Shown: positions 27,566 to 36,470, counted from the stretch's first letter. The stretch: 64,000 nucleotides of DNA from a virus (IMGVR_UViG_2866360957_000001:1-64000), one strand, 5' to 3'. The notes: a model not told the origin generated them from the sequence alone. Numbers and translations: made by a program.

Positions 27566-27588
27566 GCCCCGGGCTGACTGCCCGGGGC
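27566..27588 (+). terminator. Hairpin after gene Y
   Basis: GCCCCGGGC-TGACT-GCCCGGGGC. Confidence 0.6.
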
Positions 27589-27736
27589 GGCACTCCTGGT
27601 CTCCGCCCTTGGGTGCGCGGGCATGAAGAGGGCCGGCGCGACGGCACCCCGAGAGGTGCTGTATCGGAAGTCGCGCCGGCCCGCAGGTCGAAACTCCGAG
27701 GAGTTCAACGTCATCGTATCGCTCGCCCGCGCGGTG

Positions 27737-28162
27737 TTACCCCGATCGGTGATACCCGCGCCGCTTGCCGAGGGCCGAATTTACTGTGCTGCGCCTCCAT
27801 CGCTTGACGCCGTGCTCGATCTCGTCGGGCGCTGGCCATCGCCCGCGCGAGATGTCGGCGTCGATGGTGCCTCGGGCCAGACCGGTGTGGTCGGCGATCT
27901 GGGCGATGGTGAGCAGATCGTCCGGGCGGCCCTCGGCCACTGGAGCGGCCCGCAGGAACACACGGCGCACCAGCTTGTCCACGGCGTCCGCGTCGTACTC
28001 GGCCCACCGGCCGCGTCGCCCGCGCGGCTTGGGCCAGTCCGGGTGACGCGTCCACGTCTTCTGGACGGTCGTCAGCGCACGGTCGTACTTCTCGGCGATC
28101 TCCGGGGCGATGATGCCCGGCGCGGGTACCACGTGCGGACTCCTCTCGCGAGTGATCAACAT
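27737..28162 (-). CDS. Tandem AlpA-like HTH protein (paralogue of 26521-27003)
   Basis: PDDLLTIAQIADHTGLARGTI...RGRWPAPD...WRRSTV. Confidence 0.75.
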   Translation of the reverse strand: MLITRERSPHVVPAPGIIAPEIAEKYDRALTTVQKTWTRHPDWPKPRGRRGRWAEYDADAVDKLVRRVFLRAAPVAEGRPDDLLTIAQIADHTGLARGTIDADISRGRWPAPDEIEHGVKRWRRSTVNSALGKRRGYHRSG

Positions 28163-28215
28163 GGCGGACCCGTCCGGTTCTGGGTGGCCCGCCTTCCTTC
28201 TGACTCCACCGCCCG

Positions 28216-28238
28216 GCCCCGGGCTGGCTGCCCGGGGC
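28216..28238 (-). terminator. Hairpin after gene Y'
   Basis: GCCCCGGGC-TGGCT-GCCCGGGGC, one base different from 27566-27588. Confidence 0.55.
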
Positions 28239-28249
28239 CGGTGAGAGGG

Positions 28250-28627
28250 TTACGCCTCCTCTTCGCCCGTCAGGACGAGGTGTGCCAGGCTGATGTGGAT
28301 GATCGCCATGTCGCAGGCGAAGATGACAGCGTCATACCGCCAGTCGCGCATCTGATCGAGCCTGGCGAGGGACATGACGTCGAACGCCATCATGATGTGC
28401 AGCACCGCCAAGTCGAGTTCCCCGAGGGCCGCGTGGTCGGCGGGCTCGGACTCGATCAGGGTCCGCGTCCTCTCCATCCCGTCCATGAACTCCTCGATCG
28501 TGGAGCCGACCGCGAGGTGGGGGAGCTGGATGGGGAGGGGCAGGAACGTGAGTGCCTGCGTGAGGTGGTTGAGCGCGTGGGAGATGGCGGCTGCCATCTC
28601 GCCGTGGCGCTCGGGGTTGTCAGCCAT
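28250..28627 (-). CDS. Helical protein Y'
   Basis: LPLPIQLP...RTR.LI..EP.D...WRYDA. Confidence 0.7.
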   Translation of the reverse strand: MADNPERHGEMAAAISHALNHLTQALTFLPLPIQLPHLAVGSTIEEFMDGMERTRTLIESEPADHAALGELDLAVLHIMMAFDVMSLARLDQMRDWRYDAVIFACDMAIIHISLAHLVLTGEEEA

Positions 28628-28645
28628 TGCTGACCCCTCTCTGTG

Positions 28646-28727
28646 GAGTTTTCAACCTGCCGCCGGTCGGGGTTCCGACCCCCTTCCGACACCCCTTACA
28701 TTACATGGTTGGAGTAGTGATTTGCAA
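28646..28727 (-). promoter_or_regulatory. Promoter plus structured 5' leader, copy 2
   Basis: TTGCAA-18 nt-TAATGT, 6 nt, then the 46-nt element (28691-28646), 42/46 identical to copy 1. Confidence 0.7.
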
Positions 28728-28779
28728 GCTTTCGGGCATGCTGAATCCACCGAAACGGCCCGGCCTCACAACCGCGGGA

Positions 28780-29031
28780 CTAGCTCTGGACCGCGGTGAT
28801 CCGCTCCCCGTCCACCGCGGCCCGGAATCGCCGCCCGGGAAGGGAGGCGACCACCAGGCCGAGCATGGCCGCCAACTCCACCGCGGGCACCCTGAGCGGA
28901 TCGGCCACAGGATGGAAGGGTGTCGCCACCTCTGCGTGCGGCCCGAAGAGCAGCGACACCCGGGCATCCACCCAGCGCGGCGGCGCGAGCCCCTCGCGCG
29001 CCGCGTCCGGCCCCGCCTCCCAGTCGTTCAC
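28780..29031 (-). CDS. Small protein X'
   Basis: AEVATPFHP...PLRVPA...LPGRRF; GTGA coupling. Confidence 0.7.
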   Translation of the reverse strand: MNDWEAGPDAAREGLAPPRWVDARVSLLFGPHAEVATPFHPVADPLRVPAVELAAMLGLVVASLPGRRFRAAVDGERITAVQS

Positions 29032-29549
29032 TCTGACACCGCCTTCACCGCTTTCGGCCGACCACCCTTGCGCTCCCAGGTCGCCGCCCAGCGCCGCACG
29101 GCGGCCCCCGGCCAGATCGCCCCGGCCGCCAGCGTCTGAAGGGGCTGCGGGAAGTCGTCACGCCGACTGAGCTGATCGGCGCGCTGGCGGGTCACGTCGA
29201 GCAGCTCGGCGATCTCGCGCACGCCCATAAGCTCCGGGGGCGTCTGCCGGAGTTCTTCATCGAGCTCGTCCTCCGGGAGAGCCTCGACCCGCACCGCGCG
29301 GGCCGACACGCCGAACTCGCGCAGCGCGGCCGTCACCTCCCGCACGGCCGCGTCGATCGCCTGCCGGACGGTGGATCCGTCGATGCTGAGCTGGATGCTC
29401 ACCCGGTCGGCAACCTGCCTGCCCGCCGCATAGGCCGCGCCGGCGGCGGGGTGGCGCGCCGCGAGGCGCTCGCGCAGGTGCGCGTCAAGCGCCTCGCTGT
29501 AGTCGGCGCCGGTGTCGGCGTCGATCCGCACACTCCACACGGGCCTCAT
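29028..29549 (-). CDS. Putative antitoxin (HicB-like N-terminus plus AlpA-like HTH)
   Basis: ELMGVREIAELLDVTRQRADQL...DFPQP...GAIW; coupled downstream of the HicA-like gene. Confidence 0.7.
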   Translation of the reverse strand: MRPVWSVRIDADTGADYSEALDAHLRERLAARHPAAGAAYAAGRQVADRVSIQLSIDGSTVRQAIDAAVREVTAALREFGVSARAVRVEALPEDELDEELRQTPPELMGVREIAELLDVTRQRADQLSRRDDFPQPLQTLAAGAIWPGAAVRRWAATWERKGGRPKAVKAVSE

Positions 29550-29755
29550 CCCCTCGCTGGCGGCCAGATGAACCCGGCTCGCCGTAGTACGGCTATGGCG
29601 TTTCGGAGACCGCGATCATCACCCGGCGTGGCCGCCAGGGTTCCGATTAGGCGGCTGTCCTTGTAGACCTTCCAGTGGCCCGAGCGGCCCATTGTCACCT
29701 CGAAACCTTGCCGCCGTAGCGCCTTGATGATCTCTGCGATCTCCTTGCGGCTCAT
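29546..29755 (-). CDS. hicA: HicA-like toxin (dsRBD fold)
   Basis: EIIKALRRQGFEV...RSGHWKVY...ATPGDDRGLRNAIAVLRRAG. Confidence 0.75.
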   Translation of the reverse strand: MSRKEIAEIIKALRRQGFEVTMGRSGHWKVYKDSRLIGTLAATPGDDRGLRNAIAVLRRAGFIWPPARG

Positions 29756-29769
29756 GATGCCCTTTCCCT

Positions 29770-29835
29770 TGCTCACTGTCAATGCAATCACAGTACCGAA
29801 ACTATTGACAAAGCGCAAGAGTAAGCGCATCATGG
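29770..29835. promoter_or_regulatory. Divergent promoters with TGTCAAT/ATTGACA inverted repeat
   Basis: + strand TTGACA-17-CATCAT; - strand TTGCGC-17-TACTGT; AT-rich gap. Confidence 0.55.
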
Positions 29836-29860
29836 AATCAGGAAGGCAGGAGGTCGGGGC

Positions 29861-30403
29861 ATGTACGAAGTCGGCGCAGAGGTCACCTACCAGGGCTCTA
29901 TCGAGCATCTTCACGGCCAGATCTTTACCGTCGTGGCGCACTGCTGCGGGGGAGAGCGCTACCGGCTCCAGGGCCGCAGCGAGGCTCTGCGCCACGCCCG
30001 CCCCGCCAGCGTCGCCCGCTACGCGGAGCCCATCGAGGCCCTTGCCGTCCTGGAGCGGGCCATCGCCGCAGAGCGCCCGGTGGTGATCACCTACATCGCG
30101 GCGGACGGCGAGTGGACGACCCGCACGATCGAGCCGTACGAGCTGGACGTCACCGCGCGCGGGCACCTGATCGTGCGCGCGATGGACCGGCTCAGGCGCG
30201 CGGAGCGCACCTTCCGCCTCGACCGGATCGACAGCCTTACGCAGTACCCCGGCGTGTTCCTGCTGACCGCCGCCCGCATGGAGCGTGACGCGCTGGCCCG
30301 TATCCGCGCCGAGATCGCCGAAGTCGCGTCGGCGGGCTTCGGCGGCTACGACGGCTACGGCGCGATGCGCTGGACCCCCGAGTGTCCTGTTCCCGCTCTT
30401 TGA
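29861..30403 (+). CDS. WYL-domain protein
   Basis: LERAIAAERPVVITY..ADGEWTTRTIEPY...RAMDRLRRAERTFRLDRI. Confidence 0.88.
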   Translation: MYEVGAEVTYQGSIEHLHGQIFTVVAHCCGGERYRLQGRSEALRHARPASVARYAEPIEALAVLERAIAAERPVVITYIAADGEWTTRTIEPYELDVTARGHLIVRAMDRLRRAERTFRLDRIDSLTQYPGVFLLTAARMERDALARIRAEIAEVASAGFGGYDGYGAMRWTPECPVPAL

Positions 30404-30458
30404 TCCCCACGCCGGGCGGCATCCGGCCGCCCGGCTCAACCCTCGAAGGGAATCCGCG

Positions 30459-31586
30459 ATGACCATCACCGACGTCAACGAACAGCTCTATCAGCAGCGG
30501 CGGACCGCGATCGAGTCCGGCCGGTGGACCCGCCGCGATGACGGCTCCTATGTCGCCTGGGACCGGGCCGAGGTCCTCGGGCGTGAGGGGCTGGACATGA
30601 CCACCGGGCAGGCCGCGCTCTACACCTCCACCCCCGCGTGGCACGGTCTCGGCAACGTCATCCCCGGCGGCATCTCCGACATCGACGAAGTGCTCCGCCT
30701 GGGCGGGATCGACTTCGACGTCGAAAAGCGCGACGTCCGGTACTCGTTCATGGGCGATGCCGACGCCGTGCCCGCGCTGCGCACCATGCCCGGCCAGTAC
30801 GTCACCGTCCGCTCCGACACGGGCGCGGCCCTCGGTGTCGTCGGCTCGCGTTACGAGGTCATCCAGAACCGCGAGCTGTTCACCTTCCTGGAAGACCTGG
30901 TGGATCAGCACGGCGTGATCTGGGAGTCGGCGGGCGCGCTGCGCGACGGACGGCGGGTATTCGTGTGCATGCGCCTGCCGGAGAACGTGATCATCGACCG
31001 GGGCGGCCTGGCCGACGAGATCGTCCTGATCCTCTCGGTGATCAACTCTCATGACGGGCGCGGCACGGCCGAGGCCGTCCCGTCCGGGTGGCGGATCGTC
31101 TGCGCCAACACCGAGCGGTTCGCCCTGCGCGACGCGGTGTCCCGTTGGAGCATCCGCCACACCTCCGGCGCGCTGGGGCGGATCGAAGAGGCACGCCGCG
31201 CCCTCGGCCTCACCGTTGAGTACGCCCACGCGTTCGAGGAGGAGGAGACCGCACTCGCGCGCACGGACATCGCCCTGGACGAGTTCCACCGCGTGATCGC
31301 CGACCTGTGGCCGGTGGACCGGGACGCGTCCGCGCGCACCACGGGCATGGCCGACCGCCGCCGCGAGACCCTGACCGCGATGTTCGAGGGCGAGTCGGTC
31401 CGCGTCGGCCGTACCGCTTATGCGGGGGAGCGGGCGATCACGGACTACCTCGACCACGTCGCGCCGCGCCGCCCCGGCAAGACCATGACGGAGGAGATCG
31501 CCCGGGCGACCGCGCTCATGGAAGGCGCGGACGACGCCATCAAGACCACGGCCCACAAGAGGCTCATGACCCTGGTCCGCCGCTGA
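30459..31586 (+). CDS. DUF932 family protein
   Basis: PAWHGLG, VRSDTG..LGVVGSRYEVIQN.E.F.F, ESAGALRDGRRVF, NSHDG, RIVCANT, IRHT. Confidence 0.9.
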   Translation: MTITDVNEQLYQQRRTAIESGRWTRRDDGSYVAWDRAEVLGREGLDMTTGQAALYTSTPAWHGLGNVIPGGISDIDEVLRLGGIDFDVEKRDVRYSFMGDADAVPALRTMPGQYVTVRSDTGAALGVVGSRYEVIQNRELFTFLEDLVDQHGVIWESAGALRDGRRVFVCMRLPENVIIDRGGLADEIVLILSVINSHDGRGTAEAVPSGWRIVCANTERFALRDAVSRWSIRHTSGALGRIEEARRALGLTVEYAHAFEEEETALARTDIALDEFHRVIADLWPVDRDASARTTGMADRRRETLTAMFEGESVRVGRTAYAGERAITDYLDHVAPRRPGKTMTEEIARATALMEGADDAIKTTAHKRLMTLVRR

Positions 31587-31596
31587 CCACCCACCC

Positions 31597-31628
31597 GGGG
31601 CGGCCCGATCGGAGGCCGGGCCGCCCCT
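31597..31628 (+). terminator. GC hairpin after the DUF932 gene
   Basis: GGGGCGGCCCG...CGGGCCGCCCC. Confidence 0.5.
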
Positions 31629-31647
31629 TCACCCGGAAAGGGAGATC

Positions 31648-31878
31648 ATGATTCACCACTGCGAACGCGGCAGCGCCACGCTGGCCGCCGTCCAGATGAC
31701 GCCGGACGGCGGCGCGATCTACCAGTCATGGCAGATCTGCGGCTGCGTCCTGGCCGGGCTCCTCGAGGCGCTCGGCGCACCCCAGCGCGAGGCCGTGGCC
31801 ACCGCCGAGCAGGTTGATGCCACCGGCAATGCCGTCATGGCTGCGGGCGGCGGCATCCACCTGGTGGGGCCGGAATGA
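31648..31878 (+). CDS. Hypothetical protein (paralogue of 16714-16941)
   Basis: RBS; shared motifs. Confidence 0.65.
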   Translation: MIHHCERGSATLAAVQMTPDGGAIYQSWQICGCVLAGLLEALGAPQREAVATAEQVDATGNAVMAAGGGIHLVGPE

Positions 31879-32062
31879 GCGGCGAGCCCGAGATCCAGGA
31901 CGAGCTGGCCCGCCTCGCCGACATCGTGGACGGCCAGGGCGAGGTGACCTGGTGCGGCTGCGGTGAGCCGATCACCGAGTACTACGGCGAGTGGTTGCAC
32001 GTCTACAACCCCGCGCTGACCGGCGCGAACGACCACGACGCGGAGCCCTGAGAGGAGGGGAG

Positions 32063-32275
32063 ATGGTCATCGCCGATGACGTGGCCGCTGACTTCGCTGA
32101 CGCCTTCGGGATGTACTGCTCGGGGGACGTCGCAACGAAGCTTGCCTGCTCAGAAGTGGACGCCCTCGCCGCCATGTTGACCGCGATCGGCCGCGAGGAT
32201 CTTGCCGCCGTGTGGATCGAGGACCACGCCGAGGACGACGAGGAGGGCGACGCGCACTATCGCCCGCCCTTGTGA
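32063..32275 (+). CDS. Small acidic protein
   Basis: GAGGAGG RBS. Confidence 0.6.
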   Translation: MVIADDVAADFADAFGMYCSGDVATKLACSEVDALAAMLTAIGREDLAAVWIEDHAEDDEEGDAHYRPPL

Positions 32276-32350
32276 TCTGAGACCCCCTGCGGGCCGGATA
32301 TGCGACCCGGGGCCCAGCCGCCCCATCGACTCGCTTCCGGCCCGCAGGGC

Positions 32351-32923
32351 TCAGGACTCCTCGGCGGGGTCCAGGGCGTCGGACAAGCGCAGGTAGTCGA
32401 GCACCGTCCGCAGCCGCACGCCTGCGGCCTGGGCCTCGCGCACGGCCGCCGCGATCGGGGCGAGCACCTCTCGGTGCTCGGCGATCGCTGCCTCCAGGCG
32501 GTGCAGGTCGGAGGTTACGTGCGGCCGGTTCTCGGCCATGAACCTGATCACGTCCGCGGCCGGCGTCGGGGCGTCGAGTGGGAACAGGCAGTACTCGCCC
32601 GTCGCCCACCGCCACGCGGCGTCCTCTGTAGGGCTGGAGACCTCCGGCGTCAGTTCCACGCCTGCCGCGGTGCCGGCGGTCCCGGGTAGAAGAAGCCGGT
32701 TCGGGGACACGTCGAGCGCGAGGGCCAGGGCGACGAGCTCATCGGAGTCCACCCGGCGCTGGCCTTGCTCGATCTTGTGGATGCCGGATGCCAGGATGGG
32801 GCGCCCAAGCTCGGTCACGCGCGCGGACAGGGCGCGCACGCTGATCCCGCGCGCGTCGCGCAGAGCCTTGATGTTGGCCGCCACGCGCAGGCCGGTCGGT
32901 CCTGGCTCCTGGATTGTCCCCAT
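32351..32923 (-). CDS. XRE-family repressor-like regulator
   Basis: VAANIKALRDARGISVRALS...IHKIEQGQRRVDSDELVALALALDVSPNRLL. Confidence 0.88.
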   Translation of the reverse strand: MGTIQEPGPTGLRVAANIKALRDARGISVRALSARVTELGRPILASGIHKIEQGQRRVDSDELVALALALDVSPNRLLLPGTAGTAAGVELTPEVSSPTEDAAWRWATGEYCLFPLDAPTPAADVIRFMAENRPHVTSDLHRLEAAIAEHREVLAPIAAAVREAQAAGVRLRTVLDYLRLSDALDPAEES

Positions 32924-33040
32924 GGCGGGCACAGTAGTAGCCGGTTGACGAACGTGCAATACGGCACCAGACTGTCCCCATCACGGGTACAAACATCAGT
33001 GCGAGGGGGACGCGAGCGGTGTCGGAGCACTGGCGGGCCC

Positions 33041-33394
33041 ATGGGCGCCGGTAACGCCAAGCTGGCCTTCGGGCACTACGCCGGTCGCGTCCCGCCGAAC
33101 TCCATGCTGGCCCTCGTCTTCATGGCCTTGACCGCGATGGACAAGGACGATCCGCCGCTCTTCTGGGGCGGCCACCAGTCCATCGCGGTCAACGTCCTCG
33201 GGCGGCGCGGCGAATATACCGACGCCGACGCGCGCGCCGTGCGGCGGCTGATCACCCCTCTGTTCCAGGTGGGGGCGATCGAGGTGTACCAGCACGCGTC
33301 GGTGCGGCGTCAAGGGTCCAGCACCGTTTGTTATCGGCTCAATCTGCATCCCGACGTAGGACGGTTTCCGTCCTATGAGCAGTCGGTCACATAG
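33041..33394 (+). CDS. Short winged-helix replication-initiator-like protein
   Basis: LVFMALTA.D...FWGG...RAVRRLITPL..VGAIE...YRL; ends inside a repeat cluster. Confidence 0.55.
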   Translation: MGAGNAKLAFGHYAGRVPPNSMLALVFMALTAMDKDDPPLFWGGHQSIAVNVLGRRGEYTDADARAVRRLITPLFQVGAIEVYQHASVRRQGSSTVCYRLNLHPDVGRFPSYEQSVT

Positions 33395-33518
33395 GACGGA
33401 AACCGTCCTATGAGGAGCCATTCACGTAGGACGGTTTCCGTCCTTCACGTAGGACGGAATGTGGTCGTCACGTAGGACGGAAAGTGTCCGTACACAGGAC
33501 GGAAACCGTCCTACAGAG
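33354..33518. repeat. Six iteron-like repeats, core AGGACGG, four fully palindromic (AGGACGG-WWW-CCGTCCT)
   Basis: Cores at 33358, 33393, 33428, 33451, 33474, 33496. Confidence 0.9.
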
Positions 33519-33669
33519 GAGTACGGCGGAGGATGAGGACCCTATTGAAGAAGGAAGGGGCGAACTTGGGAACCGACGTGCAGGTATCGCGCGCGCGAAG
33601 CTCTCCCGACGAGGAATCCCATCTACGGACTCTCGGGTGTCCGCAGAACGCCGGGCATCGCCCAGCCGG

Positions 33670-33800
33670 GAGTCATCATGAAGTCGTGGACGCCTGGACG
33701 ATCGACGACGCTGTGGCCCTCCTCCATCCCGTCATGACGGCCGCCGAGGTCCGCGCCATGCTCGACCTGATCGGCATCACCGCCGTCGGCACACGCCGGA
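33670..33800 (+). pseudogene. Truncated copy of the HTH gene at 35567
   Basis: WTIDDAVALLHPVMT vs WTVEDAARELHPVMT; shared upstream GAGTCATCATG; similarity stops near 33800. Confidence 0.6.
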
Positions 33801-34038
33801 CGGCATGCGTGTGCGCCGCTCGTGCTCAAGTCGAGGTGGAGCAGTCGGCATTGTCAGGACACAGCCGGGTTGCAGCAGCGCCACAACGCTGCATGTCGCC
33901 CGCTCGTGTCGCCACGTTTCTGGACGCGGATTGAGGAAATATGGCCTTAGCCCCTTTCTTTGGTGCCAGGGACGCGGCATTGCCACATCGTACCTATGGG
34001 CCGATTTGAGAAGCGACTTCACATCGCTGAGCCCAGCG

Positions 34039-34608
34039 CTATAATTGAGAATTATCGATAGCGATATCCGGCCAGATAGCCTGCAATGGGGTAGGCGCCC
34101 GAGTAACCACCGGGATATTAGCTTGGCGAGCCGCATGGACTACCGATGCTGCGACTAGAGAATAAGGGCCGGCAGGTCGTAGTACATCTGCTATCTCGCG
34201 GGCTGTGGTACGTGTCAGGTCGATGCATTGAGTGGTCGGTAGCGACAGGATCAGGTCGATGACAGGCGTCATAACCTCCGGAGCTTGGGCCAGTGCGGCA
34301 GAAAGTGCAGGTGAGGGGATTATTAGCCGCCCGCCGCTGGCCAAGCTCCGCCATATGATCGCCTCTACATATTTGGCGCGCCCTGAAGTAAGGTCGATAA
34401 GCGAGGTGTAGTCGAGCACGCGGGATGTCACAGGATCGCCATGTGAGTCCGCTAATTCGGCATCTCTACCTCTAGCGACAGCAAGTATCTCGGGCGTGGG
34501 AATGCCGAATAGGGCCTCTATTCGCTCGCGCCTTTCCTTGCGAACCTCTGATGGAGAGATGGTCATTGGGCCTATTCTGGCAAATAGATCGTCGTCGCCA
34601 GTGTGCAT
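34039..34608 (-). CDS. Degenerate PIN-like domain with N-terminal extension (low-GC moron)
   Basis: RVLDYTSL...IIPSPAL...ASVVHAA...PVVT; AT-richer codons. Confidence 0.6.
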   Translation of the reverse strand: MHTGDDDLFARIGPMTISPSEVRKERRERIEALFGIPTPEILAVARGRDAELADSHGDPVTSRVLDYTSLIDLTSGRAKYVEAIIWRSLASGGRLIIPSPALSAALAQAPEVMTPVIDLILSLPTTQCIDLTRTTAREIADVLRPAGPYSLVAASVVHAARQANIPVVTRAPTPLQAIWPDIAIDNSQL

Positions 34609-34995
34609 AGCGACATCATAGTGTGGCTCGCCTCTGAATGCTGGCCGATGCTGAGATGCTGTCAGGAGCGTTGAGACAGTCGGAATGACATTGAGGCAGG
34701 CAGGGTCGTTTAAGGTGCAGGAGCGGCTGTCGGGCGCGGGGTGTAGTGCCCGCTCCCCTGGCCAGCTACCAAGCCTGCCACGCGAGAGGCAGGTCGCGGC
34801 GGCGCCGCCGGAAATAGGGAGGGGCTTGCTACCCCAGCTAAACGACAGTCCGAAAGCCTGCTATTGGGGTGACCGATATTTGCCAGTGCAAGGCTATTGC
34901 AAAGCCCTTGCGATGCCGCTATCGTCATCCACGATTTGTCCTTACATGCTGCTTGGTGAACCACTATCCAAGTAAATGTCTAAAGGAGAAGCCCA

Positions 34996-35286
34996 TTGAG
35001 GTTACAGGCAAAGATTGCTGCTGCAATGCTGGTCGCAGCTCTTGCGATCCCAGGCTTTGCGGCCACACCGGCTTCCGCAGCAGCTCATGATGTTCCTCCG
35101 CAGCCCAATGCGACTTACCAAGAATACTGCATGAGTATCCTCGCTCAAGAGGGCTATATCGTGGGCCCCAAGGTGACGGAGGCATGCTCCCATGCGAATA
35201 CGTCTACAAGGCTCAGCCAGTGCTACGACCCCCTGCGGGCGCTGGGAGTCACGTCAGCCCATGCGAGTAGGGCCTGCTTCCTCTAA
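34996..35286 (+). CDS. Small secreted four-Cys protein (moron)
   Basis: AAGGAG RBS, TTG start, signal peptide ending PASA. Confidence 0.75.
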   Translation: MRLQAKIAAAMLVAALAIPGFAATPASAAAHDVPPQPNATYQEYCMSILAQEGYIVGPKVTEACSHANTSTRLSQCYDPLRALGVTSAHASRACFL

Positions 35287-35313
35287 ACGGCGCTGCCGTC
35301 GGGCCATCTAATG

Positions 35314-35355
35314 GGCGATGCCTCGGCTGTGTCGGAACCAGGCGAGGCATCGCCT
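35314..35355 (+). terminator. Hairpin terminator
   Basis: GGCGATGCCTCG...CGAGGCATCGCC. Confidence 0.6.
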
Positions 35356-35566
35356 CCTTAAATTGTGGAGTACGAATTAATTTAGCAAACGCGTGTGCCT
35401 ACGAAATGCCTGTACGTCCACTCGCCTCCAGATGTTGAGAGGCAGTCATCCATGAGACCGAACGCGAAGCAATCTGCTACCCATGGTGGTACCACAGGCG
35501 ACGGTGGGGAGTGAGGGGCACCGGCCACCGCAGCCAACGGGAATTGTCCTGAGTCATCATGGAGAT

Positions 35567-35794
35567 ATGGCTGTCGATCTCTGCCCTGAGCTATGGACCG
35601 TCGAAGACGCTGCGCGCGAGCTCCACCCCGTGATGACCGTCCAGCAGATCCGGGCGCTCATCACCCTGGCCGGCCTCTGCCCGATTGGGAAGAAGCCGCC
35701 TGGCCCCTACGGCGGCCGGCCGGCCGCCGTCTACGACGGCGAGCAACTCCGGCACGCCCATGCCGTCATCGCGCCACTGTTGATCGCCGCGTGA
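35567..35794 (+). CDS. Small MerR/Xis-like HTH protein
   Basis: WTVEDAAREL...GGRPAAVYD. Confidence 0.65.
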   Translation: MAVDLCPELWTVEDAARELHPVMTVQQIRALITLAGLCPIGKKPPGPYGGRPAAVYDGEQLRHAHAVIAPLLIAA

Positions 35795-35951
35795 GGTTTG
35801 TGACAAACTGCCTGACAGGAGAGGTGTCTCCAGACCTGACTGATGGGCCGGATTCCGTGCCATCCGGATCTCCCAGAACTGTCAGACCCCTACGGCAGAC
35901 TGGCGTGATGACCCCGCCGCGGTTGGCCGACCCAAGGGGAGAGCGACAGGC

Positions 35952-36470
35952 GTGACCCTGCATTTTCGCGACCCCAGCCCCTTCGAGCAGGACGAGACGT
36001 TTGACCTTGCCGCACGCGATCTGGAGCCGCCGCAGGCCCGGACGCCCTGCGTGCTCGACGATGCAGATCCCGAGCGGTGTGGGGGCTGGGCGGAGCCGAC
36101 CGCGCCGGTCCCGCTGTGCCGGGATCACCTCGTCTTCGTTCGGATGTGGGTCAATGACCGGTTCAATGACCTGCTGAACAAGCCGTTCGCCCCACGCTCC
36201 CGGCCGATGAAGCAGTACGTGTACTTCATCCGCCGAGGCGACCTGATCAAGATCGGGTGGACCTCCGACATGGCAACGCGGATGCGGTTCCACAAGCCGG
36301 ACGCGATCCTGCATTTCGAGCAGGGCGACCAGAAGGACGAATCCGAGCTCCACCGCAAGTTCGCCCACCTGCGGGTTCCGGCAGTCGATGGATGCCCCGT
36401 GCGCGAATGGTTCCGCCCCGGCGACGACTTGATCGCCTACATCGAAGAGCGCAGGCGCCTCACCGCCTGA
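35952..36470 (+). CDS. GIY-YIG (T5orf172/MUG113-like) domain protein
   Basis: YVYFIRRGDLIKIGWT...ESELHRKFAHLR...REWF. Confidence 0.85.
   Translation: MTLHFRDPSPFEQDETFDLAARDLEPPQARTPCVLDDADPERCGGWAEPTAPVPLCRDHLVFVRMWVNDRFNDLLNKPFAPRSRPMKQYVYFIRRGDLIKIGWTSDMATRMRFHKPDAILHFEQGDQKDESELHRKFAHLRVPAVDGCPVREWFRPGDDLIAYIEERRRLTA

Noticed and set aside
27135-28691. Invertible segment bounded by the 46-nt inverted repeats
   Set aside because: No recombinase nearby; mismatches preserve RNA pairing and both copies sit at predicted transcription starts, which favours a leader. Occasional inversion by homologous recombination remains possible.
33354-33518. Mini-CRISPR array
   Set aside because: Periods of 22-35 nt leave at most about 9 nt between repeats; the position at the end of a rep-like gene fits iterons
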